Positions 58,085 through 64,000 of a DNA stretch of 64,000 nucleotides are shown here, one piece after another. Made by a program: the position numbers and the translations under genes. The notes below the pieces were generated by a model that was not told where the DNA came from, searched no databases, and worked only from the letters and a program-made list of their open reading frames with translations. The first letter of the stretch is position 1. Every line of letters starts with the position of its first letter. Source of the stretch: a virus (taxonomy: Duplodnaviria > Heunggongvirae > Uroviricota > Caudoviricetes); IMG/VR virus record IMGVR_UViG_3300047317_001031, positions 1 through 64,000 of that record. One strand, written 5' to 3'.

Positions 58085-58226
58085 TCGTCCGGCCTACATG
58101 GAGGAGAAGCGTCGTCGGCGTGAGGATCGTCATGGATTTCGTTATGTTTCCGGCGAGCCGTCGAAGTTGTATCGTAGTGAGCGTTTCTTCGCAGCCGCCG
58201 CGAGGCTTGGATTCGCGACGTATCTA

Positions 58227-58925
58227 TTAGATCCAATACGGAAGCTGAAAGATCAAGCAGATAAAGATGCCCGTCCATGCGAGGAGCATGCCGAGCCAAA
58301 AGGCGACCCGAAGGGAAACTGATTCTCTATATTTGAATTCAAGAAGTATCATACATACAAGAATTGAAAATGATCCGACGATTCTCATCGTCATGGAAAT
58401 TGCAACCATGCAGTCTTTAATGATTTGCGTATCGGTCATGTCAAGAGCCGTGATGGAATGTGAGTCCGATACAAAGCATGATTCCCCCAACGGCTACGAG
58501 ACATGCGCCGGTAGTGCGCCATAGATCGAGGGCGAGGCTATTCGTTTCACGGAGCGCCGATTTTTCTATTGCGAATATAGCGATGCAAACGATGCCGGCG
58601 GCGATGAGCCCGAGGCCCATTCCTTGAATAACTATAAAATCATTTTCGGTCATGGTATGGAGTATAATACGAGTGCCTGATGGAATCATTTAAGGAAGCG
58701 GCTAGCCACGATAAGGATCAAGCCGGAAGTAATGAGGCACTGGGCAACGATGAGAGTGCCGAAGTCTTTGCAATAACGTAGCGTGATAAGAGCGAGCACG
58801 CCGGAAATCGCGCCTAAAAAAACGAGATCGGTCCCTGAGTAGGTCAAGAAATCCTTTGGGGGCAGTGCGCTCATCATGGCGATAAGTATATCATAGAACG
58901 CCCCGTGTTTAAGCGGCATGGGCAA
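58227..58925 (-). CDS. three consecutive overlapping small membrane proteins (holin-like or exclusion-type candidates)
   Basis: ORFs 58686..58925, 58441..58689 and 58227..58490, each with 2-3 hydrophobic helices and overlapping start/stop codons. Confidence 0.35.
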
Positions 58926-61672
58926 ATGAACAATACGGGAACGGAGCTTGGGAGCGCCGTTACTTGGGCGTTCTTATCTTGTAATTGGTTCTCATTACAT
59001 GGTAGCGTTTCCGCATGGTTACCTCGTCGTTTGCCCCTTTTGACGGGGTAGAGAACCGGCTTATCGGCTTCCATGCGTACGGCCCGAACGAGAAGGTTTC
59101 GGATCTTGATAAGCTTTTGGTCGAGCGTCGTGCGCGCGAGGCGTTCCCTATATGTTCGCATCTTGCGGTTAGCGGCGTAACGGATGATCAGGGAGCCGTC
59201 GTCGTTCGTATGTCGAGCCATGCGATGCGGTTTACTCTTGTGGATATGCGTTGTGGAAAGAAAGTGTTGATATGATTGATGTTGCTGAATCTGATTGGAT
59301 GAAAGATAATTTACCATATCGTTCCTTATCAGAGGTTGCGCGGCAGTTGGGTTCGGAGATGAGCGGCGACCCCCTTTTGGAGATGGCTTCGGCGGCGGTG
59401 GAGAGCCGTGAGGTCGATATGCTTGTTGAGGCATGCAAGCGTCTTGGCGTATATTATATGTTGAAGGATGAGTGTAACGAGTGCGGCGAGGTATGTCCGC
59501 ATGTATGCCCCGACTGTTTGCTAGAAATAGATTCCGACGACGAAGACGAGGAATAAGTCCCGATAAGCCTTGTATTCTTTTTGCGATGCGTGCTAGCGTT
59601 TTCGCATGAAATTCTCCGACGAAGCCGGATGGGATACATCTCGCGCGAACAATAAGGATGCATACGGGAAGTGTATCCTTGACTATGCCGAGACGTGGGC
59701 GAACGCTATGGAAGCGGCGATGGATGCGGGTGAGTCGCTTGAGGCGTGTGCGAAACGGGCATCTCACGAGGCAGATACCGAGGGAATAACGGGATTCATG
59801 TACGGTGCGGCGGTTTCGACGCTTGCCCAGGCGTGGGTTCACGGGGATCGTCTGCGTCGTTGGCATAATTTGGACGTGCAGATCGGGAACGAAGGGGAGA
59901 AGGCGAACGAGAGCGGCGGGACATTGAATCCGGCGCTAATGAATATCGGGTAATGCGACTCGGTTCCCATTGATTCCGCATGGAATTGCGTGCTAGCGTT
60001 TTCGCATGTTACATACCTATGCGTATCATAAGCCGTCCGCTGCCGGGATTGAGAAGATCGCGACGATGCGTAAGGCGTTTAGCGACCTTCAGGAGTTGCT
60101 TGAGGAAACGGCGGGGCCTTCGCGCGAGCGTTCCGTTGCGATAACGAATCTTGAGGCGGCGCATATGTGGGTGAATAAGGCGATCGTGCTCAACGATCCC
60201 GGTTCGACGGTTGATCCTGACGCGACGTTCGGGATTGGTAGGCAGGTCGTTACGAGCATGCCGATCAGCGGGAAAACGGAACTCGGCGACGGCGGCATTC
60301 CGATAACGCGTGAAGTCTCGGTGTAATGCCTCTCTTTCGCATGGGGGTTCGTCATGATTGATCAAATCATGCTCTTCTTGGTGATAGCCGCTTTTATCAC
60401 TATCTCCGTTGCATTTGGGGCATCCCTAAAAGATAAAGTGCAACCAAAGGAAGTAAGGAATATGAACGTGATTGAGCCGAATGAACAATTGACGCATATC
60501 GTTAAGGTGACTCGTACGGACGGAACAAGTATTACTTGCGGTCCCTACTCCTATCAAAAAGCGAAAGACGAATTAGATTGGATCATTGACTTTGTAAATG
60601 AGGAAGATGTTCCCGCTAATCGTCTTGTGGCTATTGGAGATTACGAGTCGGCCATATGGGTATCGGCGATTTATTGTATTGACGTCGTGAAATTGCCGGA
60701 TACGGGGCTATTGAGCGTTTCGTGAATTCTCAATCGAATCCGGCATACGACTATGGGGAACTCGGGGATCATCCGGAGGACGTAATGCCGTCGTTCGAGA
60801 TCGGGTTTGCGGAGCGGGTTGAGCGGCTTCGTTGTATTTGGCGCGAGACGAAGCGGGAGATCCTCGCTCTTCTTCGTACAAAGTATTCGTGAACGTCAAC
60901 GATATTGAGAAGATCGCGAAGGATCTTACGGATCAAGCGACGCTTGTCGCGAAACAGTATGGCCCGCAGGCATGGAATGTCATATGCGGAGTCAAGCGGA
61001 TAGATTCGATCGGATATCTTGTTATTGGGTTTATTCTTTTGATCGTCGGCATATTTTCCGGTCTTTTTTTACGTGCGCTAACACGGCATCATGACGAATG
61101 GGGCTGGAGCCCGGATGCATGCATAGCTAGTATTGTCGCGAGCATAGTCGGGGTTTTTTTAGGGGTTATTGGGATTTGCATGGTTTTGAACGTGTGGAAC
61201 TGGGTCGGCATCTCTGATCCGGGTTTAGCGATTGCGCACGATGTTATCGAGAAGGCTCTCGCGCCCCGTAATTAGCGGCTTGAATGCCCGATATGCCAAG
61301 CATAGCAAGCGCGGCATAGATAGGTTTGAAGGCGATCTTTGCCTGGTCCTCCGAGGCCTCTTCGCCCGCGTTGATGCATGAAATTCTTGGCCGCTCGCTC
61401 GCTTCCGAAACAGACCTTGCCGCATTCTCCTCGCATGGGGTTATCGTTTCTCCTTATAACTGTCGGTGCGCGGTTGTCGTGATCGTCCCATGCGGCAATG
61501 GGGCTTCCCGCAATAACATGAGATAACGAAACGACGTCGTATTTTCCAATAGACGGTTGGATTATGGGTTGTTGTAAGTTCTTCATGCAACGTATGCGGT
61601 AATTGCATACCGTCTTTCTTCCAGCGACCCTGGACATCTTGGATGTGCTACTTCTGCCGCATAATACTTCTG

Positions 61673-62068
61673 CTAGGGCAAGAGGATATCTTGCTGTTGA
61701 AGACCCAGGGCGTCGCTGACGGCCATGACGCAGCGCATGAACCCGTCTGCTTCTTCGGGCGTGATCAGTCGTTCCGGTTCGCAGCCGTAGGGGCACTGCA
61801 TGCGCGGATCGGAGACGATACCGAATAGCCGGCAAATAATCGGTCGCTTAGCATGGGCTTTGCATCGGTTGTCACGGTCCAGGATACCGCAAGAGATGCC
61901 GTCTTTATGAACGGTGCGCGAGGTTGAGCGGAGGCGCAGTTCTTCGAGCGGCGTAACGACGATCGGGCCGCACGTCGTATGGCAATCGCCCTTGCAGTTG
62001 ATTTTCGGAAGTTCTGCATAGATAGCGTCAAGGGCTTTGTAGGCTGCTATGAGTTTAGCGCTCGTCAT
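61673..62068 (-). CDS. Cys-cluster protein (YkgJ-like Fe/Zn-binding candidate)
   Basis: CKGDCHTTCG...CGILDRDNRCKAH. Confidence 0.35.
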   Translation of the reverse strand: MTSAKLIAAYKALDAIYAELPKINCKGDCHTTCGPIVVTPLEELRLRSTSRTVHKDGISCGILDRDNRCKAHAKRPIICRLFGIVSDPRMQCPYGCEPERLITPEEADGFMRCVMAVSDALGLQQQDILLP

Positions 62069-62132
62069 ATGAAAAAAGGCCGATTTCGTGCATTCCGAGT
62101 TGTTTGCTCGTGGACGAAATCGGCCTTCCTCG

Positions 62133-63071
62133 TTAGCGGATTGCGAGCGCCTGCGGGAGGGAGAGGCCGGGCGTTGCTATTTGTCCGACGACGGTTCCGG
62201 CCGAATCAATAACGGCGATGTGCGAGGTATGAGGTATCCCTAGGCCGATAGTCGCATATGTGCGGCCGTTCGGGCCGACTGCGATCCCATATGGGCCGGG
62301 AATATAGAACTTAGTTGCATGATTGATCGTTCCGTTGGGATTGAAAACGGCAAGTTCTCCGAATGAAGCGTTTCCTTTGGGGTACCCCACATAAACTTGG
62401 TCGGAAGAATCCACGGCAACGAGGCCGGTTACCGGATAGTTTTGTGTTGGGATTCCGTCCGGTGTAAACATGGTCACGCATCCGAGAGCGCATGTCCCTT
62501 GGGTTGAAGCGTTTGCGACATAGATATCGCCGACTGAATTGACGGCCAAGCTCGTAGGGAATGGTACGGTAAATGATTTGGGAAAGGATGCCGGGTTTCC
62601 GTTGGGGTTGTAGATCGTGACGTTGTTCGCGGACGGGTTCGCAACATATATTTTACTATTCTGATCAACGGCTATAGAACACGGATCAGAAACGGCTATC
62701 GTCGGCGTTGTTTGGGTTCCGTCCGAATTGTAGGTCGTAATTTGTGATGGTCCCGTTCCAGTGCTCCCGACGTATATCTTTCCGTATTTGTCTGCGGCGA
62801 CGCTACACGGATAGGTATTTTGGGGGAGTTGAATTGTCGGGTTAATTCGCGTGCCGTCGTTCGCATTATAGGTTGCAATGATGCCGCCTGCTTCATCTGC
62901 CACATAGAGCTTGTGAGCGGTCGGCGTTGCGGGCGACGTCGTAATGAATGCGACGGTTGAGGAGAGCGGTGATTTAGTTGTTTCCTGAGTAATGGGCGGT
63001 GTTGCCGAGCCTCCACATGCGGAAAGGAGCGAGGCGAGTAACGCTGCCCCGAGGGATCTCATGATAATCAT
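62133..63071 (-). CDS. lipoprotein with NHL/beta-propeller-like repeats
   Basis: Signal peptide with lipobox LLSAC; repeated IYVA / VYVG blades. Confidence 0.5.
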   Translation of the reverse strand: MIIMRSLGAALLASLLSACGGSATPPITQETTKSPLSSTVAFITTSPATPTAHKLYVADEAGGIIATYNANDGTRINPTIQLPQNTYPCSVAADKYGKIYVGSTGTGPSQITTYNSDGTQTTPTIAVSDPCSIAVDQNSKIYVANPSANNVTIYNPNGNPASFPKSFTVPFPTSLAVNSVGDIYVANASTQGTCALGCVTMFTPDGIPTQNYPVTGLVAVDSSDQVYVGYPKGNASFGELAVFNPNGTINHATKFYIPGPYGIAVGPNGRTYATIGLGIPHTSHIAVIDSAGTVVGQIATPGLSLPQALAIR

Positions 63072-63090
63072 GAGGGATTTCTTCCGTCAA

Positions 63091-63387
63091 TCAAGGCGGC
63101 GATCCCCTCATAGACAAAAGTCGCTCATTTTTAAATCGTATGAATTCGTTTTCATCGGCAAGGTAGGAGAGGCACGGCGGGATGCGTCCTGCGAGCAGGG
63201 TGAGATATTCTTCGTCAATCTGGAGAATGCGTGCGAAGCGTTGGAGCATTTCTTCGCTTAGATTCCGGCGGTCATGCTCAATATCGTGAAAGAAGGCTGG
63301 AGAGCACCCTATAGTGCCTGCGAGTGCTTTTTGCGTAAGCTTGAAGCTTTCTCGTCTCTCCTGGATTTTTTTCCCGAGAGTCATCAT
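63091..63387 (-). CDS. XRE-family HTH regulator
   Basis: LTQKALAGTIGCSPAFFHDIEHDRRNLSEEMLQRFARIL. Confidence 0.65.
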   Translation of the reverse strand: MMTLGKKIQERRESFKLTQKALAGTIGCSPAFFHDIEHDRRNLSEEMLQRFARILQIDEEYLTLLAGRIPPCLSYLADENEFIRFKNERLLSMRGSPP

Positions 63388-63815
63388 GGCGTGGATTTAT
63401 CTTCCATTTTCGTAACGTCAAAACGGCAATCATGTATTCCGCATTCTTCCTTATGATGAATTCTCCAATTTTTTTCCAGGAGTGCTTTCTCGGCCCGCAG
63501 TTGCTCGCATTCTTTCTCAAGTTCGGCAACGCGTTCGTGCAAAGAGTCTGGACCTTCCCCGAAGTGATTTTTTGCGGCATCGTACTCCACGAAGCGTTCC
63601 CCGCAATGGAAGCAAACCCATCCTTCGCCGGGCTTCGTGTATGTCGCGTCTCGTCGTTCGATAGTTCCGCACTGTTGCTTGATGATCGCGGCTAATTTTT
63701 TTCCGATAGGCAGAACCTCGCTAACCTCAATCATATCATGTTCGTATCTTTCGCATAGTTCTGTGAAGTCAGATAATTCTTCCGAAATTTGCTCGGACGT
63801 GAAATGCTCGATCAT
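63384..63815 (-). CDS. hypothetical protein
   Basis: Overlaps the XRE gene start; no recognisable domain. Confidence 0.35.
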   Translation of the reverse strand: MIEHFTSEQISEELSDFTELCERYEHDMIEVSEVLPIGKKLAAIIKQQCGTIERRDATYTKPGEGWVCFHCGERFVEYDAAKNHFGEGPDSLHERVAELEKECEQLRAEKALLEKNWRIHHKEECGIHDCRFDVTKMEDKSTP

Positions 63816-64000
63816 TCTGATTCTTCCATACGTCTATCAATGGCTGGGCGATAAAAAGACAATGCATCCCTCCAGCCCGCAAAATAGGCTGCTTTCATCC
63901 CGTGTGATTCCATGTTGTCGGCTTTCCACGAGCGAAAATCAGATTCGCAACGATTCCCCGCGAGGTCGATCACCTCGTCCGACGCCGTGCGTATTTTGAT

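Noticed and set aside
58874-59866. 330-aa minus-strand ORF
   Set aside because: Arg-rich low-complexity translation that overlaps six well-formed plus-strand small ORFs. Likely a spurious antisense ORF.

Overview
Every call below is made by eye from motifs in the sequence; no searches or folding were run. The window looks like one contiguous, gene-dense mobile-element region, probably a large temperate phage or phage-plasmid. The evidence is a ParA/RHH partition module, a serine recombinase, an antirepressor, XRE-family repressors, a YqaJ exonuclease with an annealing protein, a RusA-like resolvase, a lytic transglycosylase, HNH and GIY-YIG endonucleases, and many toxin-antitoxin pairs.

The 5' 9 kb is a tRNA island with at least 8 canonical tRNAs, including an apparent amber-suppressor tRNA(CUA). 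It also holds several aberrant tRNA-like elements and a ~700 bp run of degenerate tRNA-like repeats directly upstream of a Ro60/Rsr (TROVE+vWA) gene. Next to these sit a nucleotidyltransferase, a two-gene NAD+ salvage pair (Nampt/NadV plus a bifunctional NMNAT-Nudix) and a Pth2-like hydrolase.

The most striking locus is at 15.7-18.9 kb. A 607-aa TnpB/Cas12-like RuvC nuclease (RuvC-I GIDLG, RuvC-II IENL, a CxxC..CxxC zinc finger, RuvC-III QADLV) sits immediately upstream of a CRISPR array of 11 conserved plus about 8 degenerate 36-nt repeats. No cas1, cas2 or cas4 is present, so this looks like a minimal, mobile-element-borne type V-like system.

Other accessory content includes a Mesh1/SpoT-like HD hydrolase, a macrodomain protein, an ArdC-N-like protein, an NfeD/flotillin/ParB-nuclease operon and a 589-aa protein with about 15 degenerate basic 17-aa repeats. 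There are also two paralogous three-gene ParE modules, Gp49(HigB)/HigA-like pairs, five copies of a near-consensus sigma70 promoter on the minus strand, and an A-rich, G-poor island next to the serine recombinase.
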